Shown here piece after piece: positions 35,667 to 51,700 of a DNA stretch of 64,000 nt. How positions within the stretch are numbered: position 1 is the stretch's first letter; the number at the start of each line of letters is the position of its first letter. The position numbers and the translations under genes are program-made. The stretch comes from Podarcis melisellensis (taxonomy: Eukaryota), in the NCBI GenBank assembly GCA_964234715.1, contig OZ174288.1; one strand, written 5' to 3'. The notes beneath the pieces are model-generated. The model searched no databases and was not told the DNA's origin. It worked only from the letters and a program-made list of their open reading frames with translations.

Positions 35667-35891
35667 CTGTGAGGACTGAAAACAAGTATTCAATCTCCAG
35701 TTGTTCTAGAATAAAATGTTGTGTGTGACAATTTGCAAGCAGGCTTTCTTGGTGATAGTATCCATCCTTTGGAGTATTCTCTGTCAGGTATTAGTGTGGT
35801 AGAGAGAATAATGACCTTAAATGCATCTTAAAAGTTTATGCAAGCTTTCATTAACCCTGGCTCTTAACTTTATTTTTTTTTGTTTTGTATA

Positions 35892-36288
35892 CAGGTGTCT
35901 CCCTGCTTACGTGCATTCAGCTTGCACGACTGTGTATACGTGTGACGCTGGGAAATAAATCAATTTAAATTGCAAAAAAGACGCGAAAACGGCCCCAAAA
36001 GGTACCAGCAACAGCAAGTGAATCTGACACACAGCCAGCCTCTTCGGGGCACCAATCTCTCTGCCCTTGTTGTTGATTCCACATCACCCTCCAGTGATGA
36101 GGAAGACCAAGAGCCATCATTGCCACAATTCATGGCAGTCTGGTAAGTGCTTCTGGTTTTTTAAAGGATTTTGCAAAGGTTTCCAGAGGTTTAGAAGGCT
36201 TTTTAGATGGTGTTCCCTACTATATGTGATATCACGTATATGTGCGGTACCCGGAAACGTAACCCTTGCATAAGTGGGGAAATGTCTG
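35892..36288. mobile_element. Tigger-like MITE
   Basis: Imperfect TIRs CAGGTGTCTCCCTGCTTACG / CATAAGTGGGGAAATGTCTG with TA flanks. Confidence 0.6.
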
Positions 36289-37454
36289 TACTGTTCACTT
36301 TTATCAGTGTGTAACATACAAATGGTATATTTTCGTAAACTGCAAATTTGCATTTGCATTTTGGTTTTATCTGATTTTTATAAAACTGTATTGAATGTTG
36401 TATTTTTATTGTTTTTATATAAGCTGCTTGGATTTGTATAAGAGGTATAAAATGTAAAAAATGAACATGTTATGTACTTTCTAATTATCTGGAAACATTT
36501 TCATGCAGTTCACAGTATACCAGGATCCTGGTGGTTTTGCACATACACTCATGAGGGGCTGAGCTAGTTTTGTTGGTAGCGAGTCTGATCCTGCAAGGGT
36601 TCAGAGAATGGAATTACTTGTGAGGATGAAGCATGATGGAGATGTGAGTAACAATCCAAACCGACACTTCTGCAGATATCCTTCCATTTCCTAAAGCACA
36701 CTAAATCCAGGCCTTCAGAAGATTAGGAAGCAGAGTGATGGCCACTTTGGGAATCCCCATCATTGACAGCAACAGAGAATCGGCATTTAAGCTGAACATG
36801 TGAGCCGTTCAGAGTGAAAGGAAAGAATCTCTGCAGCACCCTATTGTGGTTTAGCCACTTCCTGATTGCAGCTTGAAGTCTCTCCCCTAATGACTTCCTC
36901 CTTCCTCACTGTAGAGGGGAAACCCTTTCAGTAACCTCACCAAAACTCAGACCACAATCATAATCTAATGAAACAAAATACAGTTAATAAGAGATTTGTG
37001 CTTCTAAGAGATTATTTTCCCAATTTATGACAACTATCACCCATTACTGAAATAAATAAGGACAGAACTATAGTGGAAATAGGTGGGTGCAGCACACTTA
37101 ATGGAGTCAAAAGGGTTAATTCAGATCCTCTGGCAGACCTGATAGGATAGTACTGAAATGAACAAAAAGCAGGGGAGAGCAGTATAACAGGAAAACACTT
37201 TCCTTGGGTTTTTAAAGTTCAGGCCTGCAAGTTTGATGAGAAGAGTGCTTACAATGTCATCATTAAGTAAAGAGTTGCCTCAAAGCCAGGTCTTGGCTCA
37301 TCTTTTGTAAATAAAGCAACTAACCATGTTTGTGCATCTGAGAGCATCCTTTCACCAATTTGCTGGACCCCAAATTATTTTATCTACCAGCTCAAAGATG
37401 TCTTCTCTACAACAGAAACAAAGCATCAAGGAATGTGATTGGAAAAGATCAGAA

Positions 37455-37460
37455 TTTATT
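37455..37460 (-). terminator. Candidate distal SRL polyadenylation signal (others at 40157-40162 and 38867-38872)
   Basis: AATAAA on the minus strand about 2.9 kb after the SRL stop; motif only. Confidence 0.4.
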
Positions 37461-40341
37461 AGAACAGCTGATGTACATGGTCTCTCCAAATACAGATTAT
37501 TATTGTGAACCACTAACTGGAAATATATTACAGCTATGTAATTCCTTTAAATGTATCTGTCCAAATTCCTGTTCAAAAGAAGCACACAACAGTGGATTTG
37601 ATTTGGTTTTGGTAATTTAACCAAATGGAGAAGTCCACAGGCTCCCCCCCCCCCCGATCAGTGGCCCACAAAGTTGCATATTCTCAAGACTGAGAAGAGA
37701 CAGACTGGTAATGCTAGGAACCATTTTTTCTGGCTGATCCTCAGACAGTGCCAGTTTAGGTGGATGCCAAACTATTTCAGCCATGCTGTCAATGGCTAAA
37801 ATTCCCCCAGAGAAATCACCTACTTAGTTTTCGGTGCTGGAGTTTCCACTGTTCTTGAAATACCACGTGATTGTCAGGTGCCAACAGAACATGTTGTTGT
37901 GAAGTGGGCACTACTCAAAAGAGACCCTGAGTGTAGATTTGAGGGTGGGGGAAGGGAAGGAGGGCAAGGCGGGACCTGGGGAGCCCTGGGATGTTTCAGT
38001 CCCAAGGGGCCAGGAGGTTTTATTCAGTGCATTGGGCTGAATCGCCACCTTTCAGCACAGGTCAGCAAGATTGTCGCTCAGCGTTTCTCCCCACCTCCCA
38101 GCATCTCATTCCAGCAAGCAGCAGGCAGCTGCACACCTTGATTCCCTTTTCTTTCAGCGCTACCACCAAATTGCAATTTCTGCTGTGTTGGGTGTCTGGT
38201 GTCATCCCAGATCCTACTGCCCATCAGCAGCCTTCAAAGTCATGCCAGCGGACAAGACATGTGTGCCTGTGGGTTATAGACCATGGGAGTCACTTCAGAC
38301 TTGTCACTTCAGACTTGCACCCCACACTGAACAAGTTGCTAAGCTAAGCGCATCTTGCAGAAAACAACCTTGTCTCATTGGACATGACCTGTAATATATT
38401 GATGCATAAGAAGAAAGGGGACAAGAAAGATGAATGAAAACAAGAAAGTCAAGTGGCAGAAGAGGAGAAGAGGGGAAACTCAACACATGAGGATGAGAAA
38501 GGTAATGGAAGCGATGGGGCCCATCTGTTGGGGGTCACTGCTTCCTCAGAGAACAAGGCAGTTTCAGCACACTTCTTTTTTTCTCTTCCACCAGTTGTAG
38601 AGACAGATGCAGGACCATTTACAAGAACAGAGCATCTGACTGGGAAAAAGCACTGCAGGGTGGGAAGCAGTTGGTGATATGAGAAGGGTAGGAAGCCAAC
38701 ATACAAGAGAAGAATGGAGGAGGAGGTTGCAGCAGCAGCAGCAACTCCAAGATATTGTGGGGTGGGGGGCTTTGCTCTGCGCTGACTCTTCCCCTAGCTG
38801 TTATCTGGTGCTGAGCTGCATTTTCACCTGCTGTCCATTTCCTCAAAACTTTCAATTTTCAAATACTTTATTTGGTGGGAAAGCAGGTAAACCAATCCAT
38901 CATGCTACCTTCATCTGCTTCACCTTTTCTTCTTCACTTCCGTCTTTCTCAGGTTGCTTAATTATACCTTTCTTGAACCTCCCTTGCAAGATTAATAAGG
39001 CATGCCAGCATGTTATCTCAATGCTGATAACTGGCTGGATGTCATAATTGCTGCAGGCCCCCTTCACACTCAGAGAATATTATCATCAGGGTGTAAGGCC
39101 TGGACATCTCTGCTTACCACTCACTAACCTCATGTCTCCAGTTTGCGCTCAGCACTGCCATCAGCTGTGCTACCTAAAGGACTGCTTCTCCTATTTCACA
39201 TACAAGAAAGCTGAGCTTTGTTCTAACTTAAGAAATAACCATTTGCAGCTAACCACAAAAATTTGATGTTGAGGTGCAGGGAGGCAAATGAACAACTGGG
39301 AAGCTATAAAAGAGAAAAGATAGGCAAAGTCTAGCCAGTTTTTAACCCACAGTGAGAAACCTGGAAGGGTAAGGGCAGCGGCGGCGGCAGCAGCATCAAG
39401 AGGACGCTAAAGGGCCAGGAGATGCCTGGCAATCCTGGGTCTCTGATACCAGCCCCATCACCATGCCAAGTCCTAGCGAGTGAAGTGCTAAGACTCACAA
39501 TTTTAAGCTTGTAGCAGCAGGTTTCTGTGTCCATGTACACACATACAAAGTAGCCTCCACTGCAAACGAGACTCCCCAAATTCCAGGCTTCAAATGGCCT
39601 CTGCAGGAGCCGCTTGGATTCTGATGTGTGCTGGAGGATTTCTGTTTCTGAACCAGGTTTCCAAGAGAGTAGGAAGCTGCCTTCTTTTGGACCAGGCAGA
39701 ATCCAGAGGAACAGCAGTCTGTAATCTTTCAGTTATGGGGCAGTAGGGGCACTGAACGCATTACAGGGGGAATGCTCAGATGCAGCTGAAGTGGGGCTTG
39801 CTGATGAAGAGTTTGAGATGGTGGCCTGCTGTGAGTCTCAAGCAGAATGCTGGTTATACATGTGGCGATGAATTCTGTGGTCCTCAATCCCAAGTGCAGC
39901 AGAGGGAGCTGGAAAAACTACATACAGATTGCGTGCAAGGGAGGGCCATGCCTGTGCTTCTCCTAATGTCAGGAGACCAGCCTCTTTTCGCCCTCAGTAC
40001 TCTCATCCTTCCTTCCTCCTCCCTGCTTGCTCAGTACATGCAAGGGCCTATGACCGCCTCAGAAGAAATGGCCCCTCCATTGGACTTTCAGCTCGATACA
40101 TGGCCTCCTACTTAGAATAACAGGTTAGATAATAAAAATCAGGAATTCACAGTGTTTTTATTCTCTTCTGTAGGCTCACCCAACTTCCCTGCCACTGATG
40201 CCAGTGACTCCAAGTCCTCATTGCATATTAGCTCTTGCCAGTGTGGCACTCAAAGGGTTAACAGACCTTGGCTTCTTGGACAGATAAGACATAAGCTCAT
40301 TCACCAACAGGAACACAGGAGTGGTTACACTGAACAGATTA

Positions 40342-41178
<837 letters not shown>

Positions 41179-41521
41179 TTAGAGTCCAGGAACTTTCTGA
41201 CATCTGGCACATGACAATGATTGCCCAGAACCCTTAGTGATACATCTTTGGAAACCCAAGCTCCAGCTCCCACCAACCGCAGCACCTGGGGTGACCAGTG
41301 GTCAGGGATGATGGGAGCTGTAGTTCAGAAACATCTGGAAGACTGCAGGTATAGCTGCGCTGCATGAAGAACCCCATCCTATTTGCTGTTATCCCTTGAG
41401 TGGATAGTTAGAGTGGAATGGAGAAAGCAAAGTTCAAAAGGGGAGGAATGCAATTCAAAAGCTTGGCCAAATTGTGAAGTCGAACTGATGTACAGTACAT
41501 ACTGCACTATTGACAATGCTA

Positions 41522-41839
<318 letters not shown>

Positions 41840-42729
41840 TCAAGGAGAAAGCAAAACAAAGGCCACACTCACACATCTGGCAAAAAAAAAAACAGTTAAA
41901 ATCTCAGCTCCCTCAAAGCCCAACAAGTTCACAGCAGAGGAAAACAACCCTACTGTCCCTTCCAAAACTCTCTTATCAGTGCTTATGCTAAGCAGACAAA
42001 TGGTTTCATTCCTTTTTCCTGGCTGATGACGTGACTTCAGAATACATCCTGATGGCTTAAAATAAATAGCTTCTTGAAGATGTGAAATGACTATCAAATC
42101 AGTATTCATTGTCCCAACTTCTGCCACACTCAAGGAAGAGGGCAATTCCCTGCTCTGTTTGGCAGAAACCTGGGTAGCTATAACACTACCACTCATTCTG
42201 CTGACACAAAGGAAGATAGTACAGCTCAGGCAACAGACTCCACTCTGGAGACCACATTTTTGCTGCAGTTTCTAGAGCTGTGCTTAGAAGCATTTTGCCA
42301 CCTGGTCCAAGCTGTTCAGCATCGTATGCAGAAAAGGAACCCCCAAATTGCTGAGCTTGTTTCATCTTGCTTAGAAATTTCATTTAAATGGAAAGCTTTG
42401 CTCATTGGGAATCAGAGAGAAAGGAAGCCCCAGAGGGTGGTAGGAGGTGGGGAGGAGAGAACACTGAAAAGGTCACTCCTGCTCAAACTAATTGGCTCCA
42501 TGCAGGGAAGGCAGAAAATTGCAAGTTCCCTTGTGCTTGCCAACTGTGGTTCTTGCAGTCAGGCAACCACCTGAGGAGGGAAGCCAGCCCGATGGGGAGT
42601 CTCCTGGCCTAGCCCGACCTGCTAAGCAGGGTGCACTCCAGAGAGGAAATGGGGCTGAGCTGGAAAAGCTGGAGCTTGAAGCACAGCTAGCAGGAACTGT
42701 TGCTGCGGCTGCGGCTGCTGCTGCTGCTG

Positions 42730-42732
<3 letters not shown>

Positions 42733-42775
<43 letters not shown>
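42733..42775. repeat. (CT)n microsatellite preceded by a (GCT/GCG)n tract
   Basis: Directly visible. Confidence 0.95.
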
Positions 42776-42778
<3 letters not shown>

Positions 42779-42915
42779 CCTGGCTTGGCCCCAAGGCAGA
42801 GACTTTTTTCTGCATGTGAGGCCTGGGCACACCAGGGAGCTCACTTTGCTGGACCCTGACCATACAAAGGTCTGTTCTGACACTAACTACAGAGATTTTA
42901 ACAACCCCTATGCCG

Positions 42916-43656
<741 letters not shown>

Positions 43657-43888
43657 CTAAACAGCCATTCCTTGGGGCAATCAGTGCACGCCAGGGATGA
43701 AGGCATCACAACCTACACAGAGTGGGTAGGGTGAGGCATCACAGTGCACACACAAGCTGCTCACCTGCCAGCACCCTCCACAGTCTCCAAGCAGATGGGA
43801 ACTCTTAGCCATGCCAATCCTCTCCAGGGTTGCCCAAGCCCCTGCTGTGGCCATGGCAGGGCCCTTCGGTTACATTAAGATTTTTTAA

Positions 43889-44210
43889 ATGAACGTTTTC
43901 AGTTGGTATCTTACTCTGGATAGATTAAATCAGGTCTACATGTGCTGGAGATGTAAAGCTGCACATGCTGCTCTTACGCACATATTTTGGCCATGCTGGA
44001 GGATAAAATCCTTCTGGGCAGTTGTATTAAGTAGCATTGAGAGCATTACAGGAGGCTTCTGGGATATAAAAGAGATCATGTAATAGAGAAATAGTAACAT
44101 ATTTCTGATCTGGCAATTAGTTATCATCGAAGAAAAATAAACACACACCCCCCACAGACACTTAATGATTGGATTACAAAAGAATGTTTTAATTGTAAAG
44201 TTGATGGACC
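43889..44210 (+). mobile_element. L1 ORF2 C-terminal (zinc-knuckle) fragment
   Basis: WYLT..CWRCKAAHAALTHIFWPC..FWAVVLSSIESITG, the CCHC motif of L1 ORF2. Confidence 0.75.
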
Positions 44211-44240
44211 TTGTAAGAGGGAAGGCAGGCAGGCAAGTGG

Positions 44241-44278
<38 letters not shown>

Positions 44279-45156
44279 CGCGCGAGCCCTTTCATTATGC
44301 ATTGGTGCAACAAAATATAGGAGGCTGCTGAGCCACAAATATCACTAGAAACACTGTGATAACATTGTGTACTCCTTTCCATCTCCCCTTGTATCTCTCT
44401 CTCCCTTTTCTGTCTAAACAAAAGTATGTATATTTCATATTAAGTTTGCATTGGTATTTACTTGGTTTGTTTCTGTACGTGCAGATTTAATGATAGTAAT
44501 AAGTTGTTGCTGCTGCTGCTGTTGTTTGTTATTTAACAATAGCCTGTTTAGCTCAGCCAGGCAGGTAGGTGGTCTACTGGTGATGGTGCAGAAGCCACCT
44601 TAGGCAACCAAAGAGGCACAAGGGGTACGTTTTCCTTCTGGTCCAGCAAGAGGGGCTGCTAGGCGCAGCAAGGAGGTGGGGGAGATGTCTTGTGACACTT
44701 CCTTGCTCAGCAGAGAGAGGCTGCCTGAGAGGAGCCGTGCTCACATGCAAGTGACAGGAAGCCATACCCACCTGTGGCTGAGGAGCCCAAGGTGCGTCCA
44801 GGGTAAGCTGTTAGGCAGGAGAGGACAGGGCCAGGGGGAGAGAAAAGGCAACGTGAGTAGGGAAAGGCTCAAGGAAAAGGGATGCTTGGTTAGGCTGGTA
44901 TCAATCAAGAACTGAAGATGGGCATTGGCATTCTCCGAGGAAGGATGCAGCACCAACGGATCTTTCCCCCCGCCCTATGAAAGAGGCTGGAATCATGATT
45001 CATGATCCACACAGTAACACAAGAAGGAGCTCATGCATCAAAGACCTCTTTTCCACAGGGATTAACATGCAAATCCTATCCCAATTTTGTTGGGAGGATC
45101 ATCAGCTAGGGGCTTCTTTGCATACTCAGCCCCTCTGCAGTCTGATGGATTTCACA

Positions 45157-45395
45157 GAATCATAGCGGTTGGGTACCCCCAACCTCTAATCCAACCTCTC
45201 ACAATGCAAGAATCACAACTAAAGTATCCCTGGCAGATGGTCACCCAACCTCTGCTTAAAAGCCTTCAAGGAAAGAGATCCCACCTTCCCAGGGAGTCTG
45301 TTCTACTGTTGAACAGCTCTTACTGCCAGAAAGTTCTTCCTAGTGTTTAGCTGAAATCTCCGTTCTTGTAACTTCAATCCGTTGGTCCAGGTTAC
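45157..45395 (-). mobile_element. CR1 3' fragment
   Basis: Antisense of the same CR1 end seen at 19435-19745. Confidence 0.7.
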
Positions 45396-45831
45396 AAGAA
45401 AGGAGATTTTGAAAGGGCATCTGCTCTCCTTAGCCTTTTTCACATGGGCTTAAAGTACATTGAGAATGGAAAGACCAGCACAGTCCACAGACCAGAGATG
45501 TATCGGCTGTCCTGGAGAAACCCGAGGCTGGCAAAAGGACACTAAATGGTGGGGGGAACACCCTACTGAGAAGGTGCTCAGTGGTTACAGAATGCTGTGG
45601 AAGGGGGAATAGAATGAAGTATCCAGAAGGGGGGCATGTCCAGAACAGGAGCATTCCACACTGCAAAATTTTGTTGTAGGTCCTGCTAGTAAGTTTCTAC
45701 TTCTGATTCCAGCAGCACCACGGCCTTCTAAAATGCTGCAGTGCAAGATGAGACCCCTTTGGGCTGAATGTTCTGCCTCTCCACTTCCCTCCTACCTCAC
45801 AAGATTGGCCACGAAACATGGCAGCCCATCA

Positions 45832-46053
<222 letters not shown>

Positions 46054-46786
46054 TCAGTGAAGTGGCCATTGGCAGTCAGAAGCTAAATGTGCAGGCATAT
46101 GAGGCAGGCGGCTCTCCCAGTTGGCCTTTCCCCTGTTGCACACGCATGTTTTACCAACAACATTGCAAAGAAGGTGTGAGAGGATTTTACGTTTTCTTGA
46201 AATAGGAAGAGGCTGCTCCTTTTGGTGCGCAGGGCTGTTGGGGTGGTCCTTCTGGCAGGAGGAATAAGTGATGCCACTTGGCAACACCTTTGCTCTTCTT
46301 CCCCCATCTCCACCTCCTTTGCTCTCCCTCCAGGGGCTTCCCAGGTCCGATGGGGCAGTTTCCTCACTCTGCAGAGGAGCACCTGGCATTCATCTTCAGA
46401 GAAACAAGAGAACACACGGACGCCTCTGCAGCTCACCAGTTTTGGGTTCCCCTTTGGCAGGCTGGGTACATGCCTCCAAGGAATCTGACCTCTGCAGTCC
46501 ATGTTTGCAAGATGCTCCAGCCTCAGAAAGAAAAGCTGACCCACATCATGCGGTGGGGTTTAAAGGGGAGCCTCCAGCCCAGGGCTCCTTCCCTGCTCTC
46601 CTCTGATGGGGATGGCACTGCTGATCCAGCCAGGAGGGCTCTGAAAATGGGGTTTCCCTTGCAGAGGAGGACACCCAGTGGTGAGGAGTAGCAAGGGCAG
46701 GAGAGCCAGAGAAACCATGAATGGAGGGCCACCAGCTCCCACTCTCCTGCACCTGCCAGAAGGAGGCAAATCAATCAGTTTATTCC

Positions 46787-46792
46787 GTGTGT

Positions 46793-46825
<33 letters not shown>
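46787..46825. repeat. (GT)n microsatellite
   Basis: Directly visible, one interruption. Confidence 0.9.
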
Positions 46826-46828
<3 letters not shown>

Positions 46829-47847
46829 CTGTGTTTGTGCACTTGGAGAAGGGTGGTTGTGGAAGACTGCGAAGGTTCAGTCCCTGCTATATCCAGGTTA
46901 GGAATGGAAGATAAATTTGTTTCAGTTTGCATTTAAAAGCAGGTCTATTAGATAAACACTTTCCGAAACCATGTGCAAACCAAAATACAGCTATCCTTCA
47001 AAATTTGCACTTACCCGAATTTTTTTGATAAGGTTCTCCAATCAAGCAATGTTTACAAAAATGCATTATATACGGGGAAAGTGTGTATGAAGATTAAGAT
47101 ATTAATGAAAAAGGACACACACAAAAGCATATATTAGGAGAGGCTGCTTGCAAAAAGGTACACGGTAGTCAAAACTGCACAAAAATGGGTTCATTGGGAT
47201 AAATTCGTACTAAAAATCTGACAAATTCTAATTCAAACATTTAATTCAAAAATTGCTGCAAAGTGCAGAGAACCAAAATAATGACTGGAAAAATGAAAAA
47301 TCAAGAGAACCTAAAGTGATCCTTCTGTCCCCTCATCGGAAAACCTTGAGAGCTGCTGCCAGTCACAGATGACATTATGGAGCCTGATGGACCACAGTGC
47401 CTGACTCAGTAGAAGGCAGCCTCCTAAGTGCGTCTGTATCATCATTCCTTGCTATGGCCTGCTAGTCCTTCTTCCAGAGGACACTAGAAGAGGTCTCAGG
47501 CCCCTTCAAGAAGCTGGAAGAGGGAAGGTTTGAGAGCTGGTGATGCTACAAGAGCTTCTGAGTAGGGAGCAAGCCCAGGAATAAGGCTCAGGGGAAGCAG
47601 ACGCCTGATGGTCAGTGATGAGATCCTGGCGGCACAGATATGGGGTCCTGTGCAATGTGAGAGGGTGCTGTAGGAAAACAGAATGGACTGGGCCTCAGGG
47701 CCCTCTCTGGAGAAAGAGCCTGGGGCCCTGTCAGGCAGCATGGGCTACTTTGCAGATGTGCCACACACAGGATGTGTGCCCATCTCTCCCAGCACATCTT
47801 TGCATCCTCCCCCTCCCCACCACCAACCTGTCCCCTTCCACTGGTAC

Positions 47848-47946
47848 CTGAATAGTCATCTGCAGGCTTCTCTTCCTTCAGCTTCAAGGTGCTTTCAATG
47901 TGGGTGCGGTCCCTCCTGGCAGACTCCCCGGCATCCTCCGCCTCTT
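47848..47946 (-). CDS. SRL: Sarcalumenin exon (99 nt)
   Basis: tttctgcag|AAGAGG...TCAG|gtacca; EEAEDAGESARRDRTHIESTLKLKEEKPADDYS, homologous to human [34 protein letters not shown]. Confidence 0.93.
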
Positions 47947-49394
47947 CTGCAGAAAGAGCAGAAACAGAATCACGGCCTGCAGGGAAGGTATCCAGGAGGA
48001 GGAGGAGGGCTCAGTCCCAGCTCCCAAAGGGGAAAGGAAGAGGCTTTCCATGGTGCTCATCCAGGCCTTTGGCACACGGTGAGGTTTCCCTTGTGCAGGC
48101 ATTCCTTCCCCGCCGCCCCCAACCCTGCCTCCCAAATGGAGCTAAGGGGCTGGCAGCTGCCGGAGGGCAATCTTCTAAATTTAGATGCTGCTGCATCCTG
48201 ACTTCACAATGATGGGCAAGGCGAGGGGGTCTCTCATGACAGGAATAACCTCTGACAGTATGCCATGCAACATTTTCGGGGCCTTTCCAAATGAACTTGT
48301 TGATACACTGGAACAGAGACCATTTTAAAACCAAGTTGACACTCCTGTCGATTGAGGTTTTATATTATAAAATGCAAAATAACTTCATCACTTGAGAGCC
48401 TAACAGGGATTTTCAGAAGACGGCATAGCAGGCCTCCCACCTAACACTTAGCATCTGGACCGCACTTCTAAGCATGTCCCTTGTTTTCTCAATGAAAGTG
48501 CTGACTTCAAATTAAAAATAAATTTTCAATGCCACTGTGGGAAAAGAATGTGGCTCAATAAGGAATGCTGTGAAGATGGGAGACTGAAGCCCTTAAGGTA
48601 GAGACAGCGAAGATCTTACGGTGAAGACTGAGCTATTAAGAAGACCAAGAATATTCAGGATGGCGATGCATTAACTCTGTTGACTGTTGGCATCTTACAA
48701 CAATTACTGGATGAACAATTAAAAGAGATCAGAGCTGAGTTTGTTGAAATGGTAAATGAAAATAGACCAGAGAAGGATGACATAGAAAATGGAATTAGAG
48801 AAAACACAGAAGCTTTGGACAATGATTTCGATTAAGGATTGCCAGAACAGGAGAGGGAAATGGTAAAGTTGGAGGCAGCAGATTATGAAATGGATAAATC
48901 CTTCACACAGGTGTCTAGAGGAATGAAACAGCCAAATGGCAAAGTTATGATGTTGGAGGAGTGAAATGAAGCCATGGATGAAGAGATCAAGAGACATCCT
49001 GAGCTGGCAGAGATAGAATTGAGAGAGAAATGATTCTGTGCACAATTTGGAGTGAATTCAGAGTAAAAAGCTGCCATGCCTCTGGCGCTTCTCTTGGAAA
49101 AAGAATGAAAGAAGTGGAAATGGAAGGTTTTTGTTTTTGTTTTGGGATGGAAAATAGCAAATAGAATTAGAAGATACGGAACTGAGTGTAAATTAATGAA
49201 TATACAATAAGTAAATAACCAAAAAATATTATTTTAACATATGACCACAGTGGAGAGACTCTTGGGTAAACAAAGACAACTAATTAGAGATCTACTTTTA
49301 GACTTTTTGTGTGAAAAGGAAAATGAATGAATTTGAGACATTTGGGTCTGAAGTCTGGGAAAACATTGCTTAGCTGCAGAAGGAAGAACAGCTG

Positions 49395-49577
49395 NNNNNN
49401 NNNNNNNNNNNNNNNNNNNNNNNNNNNNNNNNNNNNNNNNNNNNNNNNNNNNNNNNNNNNNNNNNNNNNNNNNNNNNNNNNNNNNNNNNNNNNNNNNNNN
49501 NNNNNNNNNNNNNNNNNNNNNNNNNNNNNNNNNNNNNNNNNNNNNNNNNNNNNNNNNNNNNNNNNNNNNNNNNNNNN
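49395..49577. other. Assembly gap (183 N)
   Basis: Run of n, preceded by a purine-rich, probably LINE-derived tract (about 48400-49394). Confidence 1.
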
Positions 49578-49715
49578 TTGGGATTATACACACATGAAGG
49601 TGATAGTAATCAGAGAAGGGAAGATCTCCCAGGGTGGGAGACTGGAGAAGAAAGGGATGCTCCCAGGTAAGAACTGGGAGGGTCCACCCCTTTCTGTGAA
49701 AGCCAAGAGTTAAGC

Positions 49716-49850
49716 CAGGGCTTTTTCCCGGCTGGAACTCACTGGAACTCAATTATAGCACCTCTCAGGTGGGCACCATTAACATTATAAGAGAACAAAG
49801 GAGGAGTTCATGGTGAGTTTGGCACCTCTTTTTCTAGAAAAATAGCACTG
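49716..49850. mobile_element. hAT-type MITE (135 bp)
   Basis: TIRs CAGGGCTTTTTC / GAAAAATAGCACTG; perfect 8-bp TSD AGTTAAGC (49708-49715, 49851-49858). Confidence 0.85.
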
Positions 49851-51123
49851 AGTTAAGCTCTACTTTTGGGGAAGAACTTTGTACTTTCTTTTTCTTTTTA
49901 TGCTTTGTTTTCATTTAGATTGGCTTGTTTTTTATTGTAATGTATTATGAAAAAGCTACACATATGAAGAAAAATACAGCTACATGGCAGGAAGCCCATG
50001 CACTTTCTCTGATGCAATTCACACTCCACCTCAACAGGGGCAGGGGGTCCAGCTGCTCCCCCAGACAGTGAGAGGCTTCTTGAAGGGGTCCTTCCTGGTG
50101 CCACCCTGACAAAGTGTGTTTGGCCGCATGGTCAGACAACTGGCAGCATCCATAATTTTCAGATGCTGGGTGGAATATAACTTTCATGAAGTATAACAAT
50201 GCAGCCAGTCACATGTTAATAAACAGCCCACAAAGTTTGCCACCCAGTTGTGTGACTGCAGACTAGATTCCCTTTTGTCTCATCCTCCCATCATGCCTCT
50301 GTGGTCCAAAATGCCTGTCCCAGTTCCTCCTCCGCTCCTGAACCAATTCCTTCCCATGTCACTGGGAGTCACTGGAGCCCTGCCTCGTTGCTGGGCCTGA
50401 CTGAATAGGCCCCGCGGCGCAGGTCTGTGGTGCCAGCTGGGAGCGGAGCCCAGCCTACCCCACAAGGCAGCCGATAGCTGCAGAGAAGACTTTTCTGGTC
50501 CCCAAATAGCCACTGGATACAGCTCTGGTTACACTTTGGCATCAGCTGTGTGTTCAAGAGCAGCATTAACAAAGGGAAGCTCCTTCTCGCTTCCTGCCCC
50601 CTCCCTCAAGGGCAGGTGATCAGATGAACATTCCTGGCATGGAATTTATTCCAAGGAACACCCCCTCCTGACAGTCATGCCAGCAATTAATTGCCTCTAG
50701 AGGGTTTTTCAAAACCTTACTGGTCGAAGCTGCGGGGGGGGGGAGTGGGGGGGGGCTTTCTTTGTGCAGTTGGGGGGGGGAAACATTGTGTGGATTTAAA
50801 ATCAACGTGGTGAATTTATTTAGCTTATTTGTCAATATGCTGGAGAAAATCCCTTTGAGTTCAGGAACCCCCTCCCTCCAAGCGACAGGCCTTCAGGCAA
50901 CATGCCAGAGAATTAAAATTATCCTTAGACTTCAAGACTTCAAGTCTGTCAACCATTATTGTACAGCATCTTGTTTGCATGCTTCATTTTATTATTGTTG
51001 TTATATAAAAATTATTATTCATGTTGCTGCTTTGCTGAATTAAAAAAACCCACAGAACATTTGACATAATAGAGATCTTGGATTTTTGCATCATTATAGC
51101 AAACCTGAACTGGTTTTGTATTA

Positions 51124-51241
51124 CCGTATTTTTCCAAAATTAAGAAATTAATATTTTAAACATTCCATGTATAAGAAGACCCCCAATTTTAAACGTTAAA
51201 AATTTGGGGGAAAATATTGTTTTATATACGGAAAAATACGG
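51124..51241. mobile_element. Short Tc2-like MITE
   Basis: CCGTATTTTTCC ... GGAAAAATACGG with TA flanks. Confidence 0.75.
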
Positions 51242-51700
51242 TATTTTCTGCAGCAATGCTGAACTGGTTGCCTCTAGACCACAACCCATACAGGACCACT
51301 TGGTAACCTACCCCATACAGCTGAGGCTTTAAACTAGCAAAAAAGGCACTGTAGATTTTGCATCCAGCAAAAGGGGAGAAAATGTAGAAGCACATAGCAA
51401 AACAGTGAGAACACCTAGAGGGACAGAGCCCACCACCCTTGCTTTCTTTAGATCTGCACTTAAAAATGCAAAATGCCTTTCGACCCAAATCCTTCTCTGA
51501 AGCTTCTTGGGCAGCTGCTTCTCTCCTCACTCCCACCCCTTCACTGTCCTGCGCTGGTGAGCAGTGGCATTGGGGTAGGGGGCAAAGGGGGTGGCTTGAC
51601 AGCCAGGGTAGGTCTGTTGGGAATATTGTGTATGGGAGCTGTTTTATTTAGCCCTACAATATGGCACGAAGAGGGCTGGAGCCTCTCCAGGTGAACTGAC

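Noticed and set aside
49234-49752. ORFs spanning the N run
   Set aside because: Artefacts of the assembly gap.
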